Source: Pristiophorus japonicus (lineage: Eukaryota). Taken from it: 64,000 nucleotides of DNA. The position numbers and the translations under genes were made by a program. Numbering within the stretch: the first letter of the stretch is position 1; each line of letters opens with the position of its first letter. Of this stretch, positions 38,801-51,244 are shown piece by piece. The notes beneath the pieces are model-generated. The model worked only from the letters and a program-made list of their open reading frames with translations. It did not search any database and was not told where the DNA came from. The stretch lies in assembly GCF_044704955.1 (NCBI RefSeq), contig NC_091989.1:44702001-44766000 (forward strand), given 5' to 3'.

Positions 38801-39826
38801 TGGTTGGCAACCAGTAACTAGTGGGGTGCCGCAGGGATCAGTGCTGGGACTCCAACTATTTACAATCTATATTAACGACTTGGAAGAAGGGACTAAGTGT
38901 AACATAGCCAAGTTTGCTGACGATACAAAGATGGGAGGAAAAGCAATGTGTGAGGAGGACACAAAGATTCTGCAAAGCGATATAGACAGGCTAAGTGAGT
39001 GGGCAAAAATTTGGCAGATGGAGTATAATGTCAAAAAGTACTTTGGCAGAAAAATCAAAGAGCAAGTTATTATTTAAATGGAGAAAAATTGCAAAGTGCC
39101 ACAGTACAGCGTGACCTGGGGATACTTGTGCATGAGACACAAAAGGATTGTATGGAGGTAAAGCAAGTGATCAGGAAGGCCAATGGTATCTTGGCCTTTA
39201 TTGCAAAGGGGATGGAGTATAAAAGCAGGGAAGTCTTGCTGCAGCTAAACAAGATATTGGTGAGACCACACCTGGAATACTGCGTGCAGTTTTGGTTTCC
39301 ATATTTACGGAAGGATATATTTGCTTTGGAGGCAGTTCAGAGAAGGTTGACTAGGTTGATTCCGGGGATGAGGGATTGACTTATGAGGAAAGGTTGAGTA
39401 GGTTGGGCCTCTACTCATTGGAATTCAGAAGAATGAGAGGTGATCTTATCGAAACGTATAAGACTATGAGGGGGATTGACAAGGTGGGTGCAGAGAGGAT
39501 GTTTCCACTGATGGGGGAGACTAGAACTAGAGGGCATGATCTTAGAATAAGGGGCCGCCCATTTAAAACAGAGATGAGGAGAAATTTCTTCTCTCAGAGC
39601 ATTATAAATCTGTGGAATTCGCTGCCTCAGAGAGCTGTGGAAGCTGGGACATTGAATAAATTTAGGACAGAAAATGATAAGGGGATAAGGGGTTATGTGG
39701 AGCAGGCGGGGAAGCGGAGCTGAGTCCATGATCAGATCAGCCATGATCTTATTGAATGGTGGAGCAGGCTCGAGAGGCCGTATGGTCTACTCCTGTTCCT
39801 ATTCCTTATGTTCTTATGTTCTTATT
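35870..39826 (+). mobile_element. Near full-length CR1 LINE (ORF1 esterase, ORF2 EN-RT, TTCTTATG tail)
   Basis: GDSIVRG/HIGTND ORF 36131-36589; long open endonuclease frame to 38215; RT motifs 38418-39723 with frameshifts. Confidence 0.95.
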
Positions 39827-41014
39827 TTTACAATGCCACTGTTGCAAATTCTTCTCAACCTTAAATATTCTCTTGGGTACTCTCGTAAACGACCTAAGCA
39901 TCTTCTGTTCAGGGATGTGCCCATACTGCACAACGTCTAATTATACAATAATGTAACTGGGGGGAGGGCGTGGAATATCAGCCTCTCCTCCCATGATTTA
40001 ATCTGTATATTGTGTTTTCGCAGTTCCCTCTGCTCTACTTCTCCAATATTTCAGTAGGTGTACTGAAATAAATTTTAGTTAGATGGTGTCAATATGAATT
40101 GCTAAGTAGCTTAATGTTACAGATAGCATATGAACATACCGAGTAACAGTTGTAAACAAGCTTCACCTATTCGCTCAATTTTCAGTTCTTTTCTTGATAA
40201 AATAGAGAAAATTTGAACTTCCAGGCAGGAAGCCAGGGTGAGCGGCCTGCCCAGGAGAGGCCTGGCCGATGTTAACAGCTGGCTATCATTTACAGCCTGC
40301 TGACCAGCTGCCCATCTATTCCTGTTGCTCCTGGTCCCACAATAACAACAACAACTTGTATTTAAATCGGGAAAGTTTAACATTTATTTTACAGCAATAG
40401 TGGGTGCCCTGCACCATCGCTATTAAAATGCCAATGGGATCCTATGTATGTCATCGGGTCCAGATTTACATAAATGCAAAAGGCTCCCACATGGCTCAGG
40501 TGGGCACCTCGTACAACCAAAAAAATAATGCCACATGGCGGGAATGTGATACCGCCCAAGATGGGTTTCTATCCCAACATCTCTCACATGTCAATGTCAT
40601 TTCTAAGGCATAGTGCTCAAAAGTATAAAACTGACAAGAATAGAAGCACCCCCCGACACTATTCTTGGCTTTTAACTTTCCTTTGAATCATTGTCATGCA
40701 GAGAAATAACAGTGGGTGCCTCACAATTCTTTTACTTTCTATAAATGTATCCAACTGTCACTTGAACGTAGTAATACTATTTTCTTCAATGTCCTTCCCT
40801 ATTAATTTATGTTACAAATCTTTGGTTCTGCCGGATATCATTTCTTGCTCCTAGCTTCCTAATGTTTTATTAGTGTGCTATAGTACGTGAACTGTTTACC
40901 ATAACAATCAATATGCTTAGATCCATTGTTTCTTAAGTGACAATCATAATCCTAAAAATTCCAGTTGCAACACCTAGATAGTTGCTCTTTTCCAAAGCAA
41001 CTAAACCTAGAACA

Positions 41015-41120
41015 GGTAAAATCATTGGTTAGACACTGGCCTGTCACTTCTGTGGACCTGGGTTCAAGTGCAGCCCAAACTAATAACATAAATGTCAGAG
41101 TGAGGTTGGGAAGCCAATGG
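41015..41120 (+). mobile_element. Old tRNA-derived SINE head (LF-SINE-like)
   Basis: gcctgtcacttctgtggacctgggttcaagtgcagccca contains a B-box-like GGTTCAA; family assignment from memory. Confidence 0.35.
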
Positions 41121-41597
41121 GGTCTTCCGTCGGCCTGGCCCTTCCTTTCCTATGAAGAAGAAGATAAGAGTTAGGAGGACAAGTGCAGAGATGCCAGGAT
41201 GAAGAGGTGACATAGGCTGGAGCTACTAGTACCTGTCTCACAGATCCAGTGGCTATTTAACTGTGACTTCACAGCAATGATTAAGAGGGATGCACTTCTC
41301 TCACAATGAAATAATTGAGTTGTTGCAGCAGCCATATATTTGTGGGCATAACTCCTAAGAGAGACTTTGAGCCGATTAATATTTGAGCACGTGGCCAAAT
41401 GAATCCTGTCAAAAGCTACCGTGGAAGGATGTTCTGAGGTGGCTGGCTGCTAATTTACAATAGGAACCTGAAATGGTACTTCCTTGTCTTTGGTTTGGTG
41501 CCATTTCATCTTTAGAAATAATGAAGACTGTGTGCCGTATGTAATACAACCCATGATTCAGAAGACATTCCTTAATAGATAGGATAGGGCTTCCATG

Positions 41598-42650
41598 TAG
41601 TGCATTTCATGTTCCTAGGATATTTCAAAGTGCTTCATAGCCATCGGAGCAGGCCAGGGAATGGAAGGAGCAGCGTGGAGGCGTGGCCCAGCAGGCTGAG
41701 CGGCCCCCTGCCTGCGAGCACCATTGGAGCAGGCCAGGGAGCAGAAGGAGCAGCGTGGCAGCATACCACTCCAGGGAGCAGCATGTGCTGGAGCAGGAGA
41801 GCAATGGCAGTGAAAAGAGACATCACCAAGGTTCAGGTCGGTGATTGGAGCGTGGGCAGATACAGCAGGAGCGGCGAAGTCGGGGTGAAGGAGCGGCGAG
41901 AGATTATGGAGGGACGTGATCGGGGCCCAGGAGAGGTGTGAGTTTGGAGCCCAGGAAAGGCGAGGGCCCAGGGGCAGCACGGGCCAGCCCACACTGCGAT
42001 ATGTGTGCGCACTAGGTCCGTGCAGCAGAGCTGGTCTCCAGTCATCTTGGTTAATCCTTGCTACTGGACCAAGACTTAGCTCTGTCAAGCTCATGTGGTG
42101 GCTGGTGTGCAATGGCCACCACATGTTAAAAAAAATTCATGCACAGGCATCTTCCATCTTTCAAGATTTAGTACGGGACCTGGAACTTTAGGTCCTTCAT
42201 TGAAACACCTGTGAACTTTTTGACGTGGAAGCAAGTCATCCTCGATTCGAGGGACTGCCTATGATGCCAGTGAAGTATTTTTGAAGTGTAATCACTGTTG
42301 TAATGTAGAGAAACACAGCAGACAATTTGCACATGGCAAGGCTCCACAAACATCAAGAGATAAGTGACCAGATAATCTATTTTTAGTGGTATTGGTTGAG
42401 TGATAAATTTTGGCCAGGACATCAGGATAACTCCCCTATTCATTTTTAAATAGTTCCATGGGATCTTTTACATCCATCTGAGCTGGTACACAGTGCCTCA
42501 GTTTAATCCAAAAAGATGGCACCTCTGATAATGCAACATGCCATCAGTAATGCGCTGAAGTGTCAGTTCTGATTATTTGCTCATCTCTGGAATCGAGCTT
42601 GAACCCATAGCCTTCTGATATGAAGTTAGGTACCACTGAGCCAAGGCTGC
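41598..42650 (-). mobile_element. DeuSINE (SacSINE1-like), interrupted by another retroposon
   Basis: ccatgggatcttttacatcca and tgaccagataatct Deu-domain text; tRNA-like head cttgaaccca...cactgagcca. Confidence 0.8.
41644..42265 (+). mobile_element. GC-rich non-coding retroposon with RTE-like 3' tail (ATG repeat), TSD GCCA
   Basis: Ends ggaagcaagtcatcctcgattcgagggactgcctatgat; GCCA at 41640-41643 and 42266-42269; internal ggagcaggccaggga repeats. Confidence 0.6.
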
Positions 42651-43169
42651 CACTAAAGGAAGATGAGAACATATGCTGGCAATGAAACGCCGAGCATGTG
42701 AGTCTTCCAATCTTTTTTGATCAACTGTGAATAAAGGAATGCTTGCTGGAGAAGGGAGGGAGTGTAAAGAGTATTCTGATACCTCCTGCAGTTGGTGTTC
42801 AATTCATTGAAGGTGTATGCAACTGGAAAAGATGCTTATTACAGTGTAATAGGTGTGACTTGGTTGCCCTGGAGAGGTCAGTTAACATTTTCTGGCATTG
42901 TGCAGTCATGTGGAAGTTAATGGTGACACTCAGTGTAAAGGCCATCTTTTTCCACAGAGCCTGGGTTATCTCCTTTGTGGGTATCTTAGAGCCAAAAAAC
43001 AAGGTTTTGCTTTGCAGGATTACCAGAGGCATCAGCCTTAGAGATTGCAGTGAAACATTTTGAAACAGTCAAAAAATAATCATGTATGGTCCTTTTAGTT
43101 GCTGCAATAGCACTGAACATTCCATCTTGCTTAGTTGGACTCCCTATAGAGGGCACTTATAGAAAGAAA

Positions 43170-43906
43170 GGGAGAGAAATTTGCGTCATCTGCGACTTCC
43201 GTTAGCACCTCCGGGGGGATGCTAATGGAGGCAAATGACTTCTCGCCCATGGGAAATTCCACGGGAGTTAATGGAGGCGCTAACCAGTAGCGCCCCGTTC
43301 TTGCCCATTACGCTCCGGTTCGCTGCGCCGGAAAGGACAACGTCATCACCATGCGCAGCAACCCGTTTTCACCCAGAGCAAAAATTCGGGAGCATCCCTT
43401 GAGGCTGCCACAGGTGATGTCCGCGCCAGCTTTGCGGGTCGCGAACTATGCTTCAGTCCACTCGTGGGGAGAAAATTAAAGGGGAGGTGGGACGAGCAAT
43501 TTGCTTAAAATGGGCGACTTACCGGTCATAGCTTTGCCTTTTCGCAGAGTCCGTGCTGCGATGTTGCACCCCCGCACTCCGCTTCTGTGCCACGCTGCTG
43601 CCACGGAACCCCAATCCCCAGTGGTATAGTGGTGGTCCCTTCTCCCTAGTGCAGAGTTCGCACTGTGCCCTCACCTTTAACGGAAGGGGAGGGCTTTATG
43701 CTCCTGCCAGCAGTACGCGGCTCTCCGTGTAGCGCTAGAAAAGTGCTGAATGTTAGCACCCCAGTCCCGCCTCTCGCGACATTGCACTCCACTTCTTCTC
43801 GGTAAGCCCAATTTAACCGCCGGGTGGGACTTCCGTGCCTGGTGCAGGAAGTCCTACCTTGCAGTTGGTACTGCCCTCAGACGGGTTGGTATCAAATTTT
43901 GCCCTC
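43170..43906. mobile_element. Harbinger-type MITE, 737 bp, TSD AAA, inserted in a DeuSINE tail
   Basis: gggagagaaattt / aaattttgccctc; AAA on both sides; host agaaagaaa|gacttgcattt. Confidence 0.7.
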
Positions 43907-44305
43907 AAAGACTTGCATTTATGTAGCATTTCATGACTTCAGGACATCCCAAAGAACTTTACAGCCAATGAAATACTTTTGAAGTGTAATCACAGCTCTC
44001 GCAAACAGCAATGTGATAATGACCAGATAATCTGTTTTCGTGATGTTAATTGAGGGACAAATATTGGCCAGAATACCAGGGTTAACTCCTCTGTTCTTCT
44101 TCGGAATAGTGCCATGGAATCTTTTACGTCCACCTGAGAGGAGAGATGGGACCTCGGTTTAACGAAAGACACTCTGAAAGTGCAGCTCTCCCTCGGCACT
44201 GCACTGGAGTGTCAGACTAGATTGTTGCATTCAGTCTCTGGAGCGGGACTTGAACCCACGACTTTCAGTCTCAGGCGAGAGTGCTACCCACTGAGCCATG
44301 GCTGG
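43907..44305 (-). mobile_element. DeuSINE (SacSINE1-like)
   Basis: tagtgccatggaatcttttacgtccacctgagag; head acttgaacccacgac..ccactgagcca. Confidence 0.85.
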
Positions 44306-44710
44306 CATTCATGGTGCTAGGAGCCTGCCATGAATATTTAATAAAGGTACACTGAGGAAAATTGGGCTGGTTCTTGATGGAGTAACACTAGCAGGTGGAA
44401 ATGTAGTTCTGATGCACTTCCAGTAAACCTGACAAAAGGAAACATCTAGCCTGTTAATTCTAGAGACTAATTATTACAAAGATTTTTCTTGAAAGAACAG
44501 ATTGGACATCTCTGTGGTTAACATCACCCTCAAAGGTCATGATGTTGATGGAGAGTGAACCCACTTTACTTTAATTATTCTGCCTTTTTCCTGTACCTCT
44601 TTTAATAAATTATCATAATTACGAGAAGACAAGTGTCAGGAGAGTACTTCCAGTTCAAAGCAATTGACATTTTGTAATTAAAAATAATTGAGTAACTAAT
44701 GATCTCTTAC

Positions 44711-44990
44711 CTGATAACAGGTAGCTTTGTTTTAGGTATTTATTGTCCTCCTTAAGAAACCTGCTTATATCCATGGTCACTCCAATGATGTGTGTTATGG
44801 CCACAATCCTTTTTGTTAAGGCACAGTTGGTATTAGCTTTATTTGACTTGAGTGTCTTTGTGTTGCTCTCTAGACTGGGAGATTGCCCCAGTGTTGATGA
44901 AAAAAAGGATGATCTCAGTGCAATGCGCCTGAAAAATCTGTTAGCAGAAAGGGTCAAGACTGGAAGGAGCAGTAGTTTTGAGCACCGAAC
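44711..44990. CDS. Candidate host exon, strand ambiguous, gene unknown
   Basis: Minus: catag|280 bp open|gtaag; plus: tttgttttag| then open hydrophobic frame to 45000; no recognisable repeat. Confidence 0.25.
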
Positions 44991-45381
44991 CTATGAATAA
45001 GTCAATCAAAATGGCAATAAAAGAAGAAAGGAACCAGACAAAGCTTGCATGGAAACCAAGAGAGTGAATGCTGAGAGAAGCAGAGGAATTTGCTAAAAAG
45101 GTGAAAAGAAATATTGAAAACATAAAAGAGGACCCTAGAGCAAGGCTTTTTTAAATCTATATTTGCTACAAATAGTTTTTAAAATTAAATGGATAAATAT
45201 TTGAAAAATAAAAATGTGAAAGTGTATAGGGAAAGTAAAGAAAAATGGGGCTGAACACGGAGTCTGTGGAGGTGCAATGGACTAAAGTCATGCTGTAAAA
45301 TTCAATGATTCTACATAGTACAGACCAGGTTGTAGGTGAAACATTACAAGGCATCCTGAAGGAGGGAATAATGAACCACCT

Positions 45382-45735
45382 AGAAAGAAAGAAAGTCTTG
45401 CATTTATATAGCGCTTTTCACGACCACTGGATGTCTCAAAGCACTTTACACTGTTGTAATGTAGAAATTGCGGCAGCCAATTTGCGCACAGTAAGTTTCC
45501 CCTGCTCTTCTTCGAAATAGTGCCATGCGATCTTTTATGTCCACCTGAGAGAGCAGACGAGGCCTCGGTTTAACATCTGATCTGAATGACGGCACCTCTG
45601 ACGGTGCAGCACTCTCTCAGCACTGCATTGGAGTGTCATCCTAGATTGATGTGCTCAAGTCTCTGGAGTAGGATTTGAATCCACAACCCTCTGACTCAGA
45701 AGCGAATGTGCTGCCCACAGAGTCACAGCTGACAC
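45382..45735 (-). mobile_element. DeuSINE (SacSINE1-like) with internal deletions, inserted in an old CR1
   Basis: agaaagaaag tail, cttgcatttatatagcgc, ccacctgagagagcagacgaggcctcggtttaac. Confidence 0.85.
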
Positions 45736-46779
45736 TGTAATAGAGAAATAAGGAACAGTCGCCTTGCAGGAAAGCTTCTGAAGTGGATCAAAAATTGATT
45801 CAAATGCTTCTGATGTGGATCAGTAATTGGTTCAATCAAGAAAGCAAAATGTAATTGTAAGTAAAGCTGCATCAAAATAGAGGAAAGCAATTAGCAGATT
45901 ACCTCAGGGGCTAGTATTAGGACATTATGGTTTTCATTTTATGTAAATGATTTGCAAGTCAATTCAGAAACAAAGCTGTCTAATTTTGGTGATGATACAA
46001 AACTCTGTTTCTGAGGCAGAGAGTTACAAATAATGAGGAACAAACACAGCAAGTACAGAGGAATATGGATATGGGGGATTGTCAAATAGTATGGACCAAA
46101 GTGTAACATAGTGCAACTAGCTAATAAACGGTGTGAATGCAAAATGGATAGTAGTAGACTACAGGACACAGCAAAAGAGAGGGACCTGGGAGTAACTTTA
46201 TTTAGATTTTTGACACCACTAGTCTAGGTTGAAACAGCATTAACAAAGAGAAAGAATATCTTAGTGTGTAATGGCAAGAGGGATAGAACATAAGTTCTGG
46301 GGGTTGTGGTAATAGTGAATTTAGACAGGGTGTAGGTTTGGCCACCTGGAGTACTGGTGTATATTTTCCAAATTAGTGCATGTGTAAGTTTAATTTTGGC
46401 CATTTAAGCACAGAGATCAGTGCAATCTACATGATTTTCTATCCACTATAACTAATCGACAGAAATCAGATGGAGTGTGCTGACCTCAGTGCTCGAATTC
46501 CCAATATTCCCTCCTATCTCATGTGCTAGGAATGTTAATTCATACAATTTGCCTCACAATCTAAATTTCTTGTCACTCTACTATGATTGAGATATCCTGG
46601 AAGCTGCAAAAAATTATTTTCTCTTGGAAAGAGAAGGCTGAGGGATGACCCAATAGAGGTCGTTAAATTATGAAGGGGTTTAATAGGGTTGATGAATGAA
46701 AGATGCTTCCACTTATGGGGGGACAGACCAAAACTAGAGGACACAAATAAAAGACAGTCACTAACAAGCAATTCAGGAG

Positions 46780-46913
46780 CATAAAAGCAAATTAATGCGG
46801 ATGCTGGAATCTGAAATAAAAACAGAAAATGCTGGAAATCTCAGCGGGTCAGAGAGCATCTGTGGAGAGAGAAACAGAGTTAACGTTTCAGGTTGATAAC
46901 CCTTCATCAGAAC
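46780..46913 (-). mobile_element. 134-bp Penelope terminal fragment with 7-bp TSD
   Basis: TCAGGAG at 46773-46779 and 46914-46920; homologous to 11417 and 55250-55340. Confidence 0.85.
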
Positions 46914-46914
46914 T
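46878..46914 (-). ncRNA. Minimal hammerhead ribozyme motif, best-preserved copy
   Basis: AGTT-CTGATGA-AGGGTT atc AACCT-GAAACGTT-AACT. Confidence 0.65.
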
Positions 46915-47618
46915 CAGGAGAAACTTCTTTACCCAGGAAGTAGATGAAATGTGGAACTTTTACCCACATAGCAGTGGAGATCTATAGCATAGATGCATTG
47001 AAGGGACAGTTACATAAGTACATGTGGGGGAACGGTATAGAAGGATATGCAGATAGGGTTAAATAAATTATGGTGGGAGGAGGCTTGTGTGGAGCATAAA
47101 CAATGGCATGGACCTGTTGGGTTGAATAGTCCATTTCTGTGCTGCAAATTACACTAAGGAAAGGAAGCTTGGGAAATTTTACTGAGGGTTTCAACATTCA
47201 AAGGGGTACAGATAAATTAACACCCAGTAATCTTTTTGATATTAGCAGAAACTCTGTAACCTGAAGCATGGATTCAGTCTCAGAGAGAAGATGAACAGAC
47301 AGTTCAGCTTTAAATATTTCACATGGAGGTCAGTGATTATATGGAACAGACTGCACAGGAAGACAACGGATATTGTCAATATGTCCATACGGTATCAATA
47401 AATTCAGGTAAGAAGGAATTGGATAGTCTTTTGAACTGCTTGCTCAGGTTGCACCAGACAGTGCCTAATCAATTTGACTCTGCAAAGTTTCAAATCCATA
47501 TCCAATTCATCACCAAGAGCGCTTCCCACCCATCTCTGCAGCATTTGTTTCCTCCAACATTAACTTGCCCCAGCACAACTGAAATTCGTATCCACATTTT
47601 CATTATCTCAGGACTCAG

Positions 47619-47748
47619 TGGGTAGATTTTCAACTTGTGCCCAGGCACAAAACTGGCATTATGGAGCAGCTGCCCATTATAGAAACTATTTTATTTGTAT
47701 TTCAATACAAAAATCGGATGAGCGACATGCCAGTTGAAATTCTAGCCC
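47619..47748. mobile_element. 130-bp MITE
   Basis: gggtagattttcaact / agttgaaattctagccc. Confidence 0.7.
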
Positions 47749-48138
47749 AATTTCTCCAACAATCTCCTTAGCTGTCTCCTGAGCAGCACCCCAGACAAAC
47801 TGCAACATATAAAAAATTCCAACCCCCTAACGCCTCAACGCCGCACCCCCCCCTCATCCTCCCACCCCTGCTGCAATCTTGTCCCACACACCCACCACTT
47901 CTATCCTTCCTGCCCTCCACTGCGCTGAATTCAAAATCCTTGCCCTTGTCTACAAATGACTTCATGAGCCTCCCTTACTCTACTTCCTGTCAGAATTCAC
48001 AGCCTGCACCTTTTGTTTTTCCAGCTCTGACGTGACCCTTTCATCCTCCCTCCTGCTGCTCCCCCATCAGCTATAGAGACTTCAGTTCTAGTCCATGGAA
48101 CTCCCACCCTAAATCTCTTCATATTGCGAGTCTCTCTG

Positions 48139-48892
48139 GGGCCGAAAGTGCCCCTTTCAATAAGAGCAGTGGCCGCCTGAAAGTGGTGACCACGGGTTGG
48201 TAAGCGCTCACTGCTTGGTCGGCGTGGAGGGTACTGCCATTTTGTAAATTGCGCTCGTGGATTTTCCTGGCGGAAAACATCTCCGCTCCACCCGTGTTGC
48301 CGCCCCGTCGACCCCTTACCGACTGGCAGAGATCCATTTTTCCGCCACGCGTGGGAAATTGCCCCGCGGAAAATTGCCCCACAGGAGCGGACCAGCCGCC
48401 GGTCAGTGCCACTGACAGCTTTTCCCGGTGGGAACCTTCTTGTGGCTGGCCAGTGCGTCAGCCCTAAAAGGGGAGGGCGCACTGCTGCGGTCGGCATTTT
48501 ATTTTAATTGTCGGTCAACTGCCAGATCAGCCCGAAAATGGCAGCCACGGGTTTGGCCAGGCTGGCAACAGGCAGCCCGGCAATCCCCTCTTGGGTGCCA
48601 GGCTGCTGGCCCAGCCAAAATCCTCCCTAGGGGCCCAGTGTTTGCCATTAAAGTGGCTGCAGAGTTCGCTGAAGAGGAGGGACGTTGTGACGTGTCAGCA
48701 CAATGCGGCATGTCTGCGTCGCGCTCGACGGCCACTCCGACCCGCCCCTCTCCCAATACCAACACCGCTCCGACTGGATACAAGAACCAAACAGCTGAAA
48801 ATCGCGGATTGTCCGCCCCATACATTGGGGTGGAAGGAACACTTTCAAATCGGTAGGTGCGACCCGTATCGGGCGAAGGGCAATTTCGGCCC
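48139..48892. mobile_element. Harbinger-type MITE, 754 bp
   Basis: gggccgaaagtgccc / gggcaatttcggccc; flanks CTG/CTC; CpG-rich. Confidence 0.85.
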
Positions 48893-50416
48893 CTCGATCT
48901 TTAAAAGTTTTCAACAAACCTACCTTTTTGACTCTGCCTTCGGTAATCTCTCCTAACCTTTCTACTTTTGCTCGCTTCTATGTTCTCATATGTGACATTC
49001 TGTAAGAATACACCATTTTATATTTGCTGGAACTCTGCTATCACTGGCCAAAGTTAACTTAAAAGTTGTCCATGCAAGCATGCTTTGCGAGGCCAGGAGG
49101 CTAGCTGCTGTGAAAAACTGTTAAACTCTGCAAGCTGCCTTTCTCACAGATACAAGGAGTAACCGGCCTTGGACAAGAACAGATGGTTGAGATATCCCGA
49201 GGAATTGATAAGACCATCTGTGGACAATGATGTTTCTGAGGATACTGAAGTAAAACATAATTAACTGACTATTTAACAGAAATATAACTGCCAGTTTAAT
49301 TTGATATGTACAAAGTTTTTTGGTATAAACCGTGCTGCAAAAAGACACACACGACTGCAGTCAAGAGAGAGGGCAACTTGGTCAGTTGCCAGTTAAAGTC
49401 ATATGTCTAAGCCATCAACAAACCAACCACTCGCTGGTGTTAGTATGTATGCGGTGTTTGCTTATTATCACTTGATCTGAAAGTAAGGGAATATTACTGT
49501 ATACTGAAGTATAATCAGGGGTATTATATGCTACAGTTCTGTGTGAACTTACTTGTAGTTCGCTGCTGTCTTGAAGTAAAAGAAGTTTTGTTTCACAAAT
49601 CCATTGGCTTTTGTGTTGTTTGTTCTATGGGTCTGAACTTTGGAAACTGTCGAACGGGGCGAGCTGCGATTTCCGTAGTCCTACAGGCAGGCGGGGTGAG
49701 GGGTCTAACCCCACGTCTTACACATGCCTTAGGAGAATTCATTATTCTAAAGCTGTATGAAGATGCAAGTTGTTTAGGAAAAATATCAGGATAATCTTTA
49801 TTGAAAGAGTGATAATGTTTTGAACAGTCTACGAAGAAAAGTAATAAGGGTGTGAAGTATGAGGTTATTTACAGTATAATGTTACACTATGATGGGAGAC
49901 ATGATGTACTTTAGGGATGAGCTTCAAATAAAAATTGGAAGAGATGTGTAACAGGCGGCTGAATCACTCATTTTACACTATAACCCAAAGTCAAAATTAC
50001 CCCCCAGAGGTCCACAACACAAAACTGTCCTCAAGCTCTAAGAGGGAGATGTCTATACTTCCCAAATTCTGATACAGTACTAGAAGTAATGTTACCAGCT
50101 TTTGCTCCTGTGTGGAAGCTTGCCCACTGGGAAACCATATGAGGAATTCATTCACGTGTCTGAGTTTCTCAGTATACATGTCCAGTGTCAAGGCTCCAAG
50201 CTGAGAGAGCAAACTCCTAAAATTACTCCAACGCCTGGCCAAAAACCTGTGCATATTCTGCTGGTATTCCAGTACTTTTATACTGAAGATTCACCTCCTG
50301 ACTTCCTTAATTATTTACTTCTCCACAGGTACCTCAGTCCTGTGATGCCCAATTTGCCTTTGACTAAGGAAGTGCTCGGTCTTTTATGCCAAGTATAGAA
50401 ACATAGAAACATAGTG

Positions 50417-50899
50417 TGCCTTTATTCACTCAGCTCACATTAAAAAGATTACTACATAGTATGTGCTGATGTCTTGGTGAACAAATATGTGGCAAAGTAT
50501 AACTTGTTTTATTTACTTAAAAGAACAAATTGATTTGTTCCCTTTAATTAATTAATAACTCTATTCTTTTGATGCAAAATAAGTCATTTATTTCATTGAA
50601 ATGTTTTGGATCATGAATTCAGAGCTGTTGCTGTTCTTCATCAGTTGTTCTCCTAGTTTGGCAGTTGCATACATTTTTCTCCTTCATGGTTTTCTTTGTC
50701 TCTTGAAACATTTCTTGATATTTTTTCCAGGTTATTTTTTTAATAGAGATTGTACTCTGTCACTCCTCAACCTCCCTCTAGGTGTGTAGATTATTGACCA
50801 TGGCTCCTTATAATTAGGGTCAACTCAGGGCCCGTAAATCTGGTTTTACAAAGATTGCCGTTATTCACTCAGCTCACATTAAAAAGATTACGACATAGT
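50417..50899. repeat. 44-bp direct repeat pair (50417-50460 and 50856-50899)
   Basis: tgcc(t/g)ttattcactcagctcacattaaaaagattac(t/g)acatagt, 2 mismatches. Confidence 0.85.
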
Positions 50900-51212
50900 C
50901 AGGTGCCTTATTACTTGCATGTTTAGATAGTTCATTGCAATTACTGCAGTCATTCAATGACTATCTTAGTTTTCTGATGGTATAAAGATAAACTGTTGTG
51001 GATCAGAAAATGCCATGTTAATAACTTAGCGTAGCCAAGCAAGTATGTACAAAATTGTAAAATGCCTTTACAGCTGTCAATCTGAAATTAGCCCTCTCGG
51101 TTCTCCATAGATTTACACAAAGACATCATAACTACTTTTATTTATTTTTGTTGTATTTATTTTTCATTTATATCTTGTTCCATATCTATCAATTTGTTAC
51201 ACACACACGCAC

Positions 51213-51244
<32 letters not shown>

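Larger units (their letters stand above)
45736..47145 (+). mobile_element. Highly degraded CR1 fragments
   Basis: Remnants of PQG..LG, FxDDTKL, LFSLEKRRLR and a CR1 3'UTR. Confidence 0.65.
47440..48960 (+). mobile_element. Old L2-like LINE 3' fragment interrupted by two TIR elements
   Basis: tggaactcccaccctaaa...aaacctacctttttgac 3' end typical of L2; degraded. Confidence 0.55.

Noticed and set aside
41171-43063. Possible exons at 41.2-41.5 kb and 42.8-43.0 kb
   Set aside because: Most frames after plausible acceptors hit stops and the translations resemble nothing recognisable
44230-44305. tRNA gene
   Set aside because: It is the tRNA-derived head of a DeuSINE and has no full cloverleaf
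47997-48956. Cluster of ORFs and a CpG island suggesting a promoter or gene
   Set aside because: Nearly all within a GC-rich TIR element, where stop codons are rare by composition; the same applies at 12.4-13.2, 57.1-57.6 and 58.2-59.4 kb
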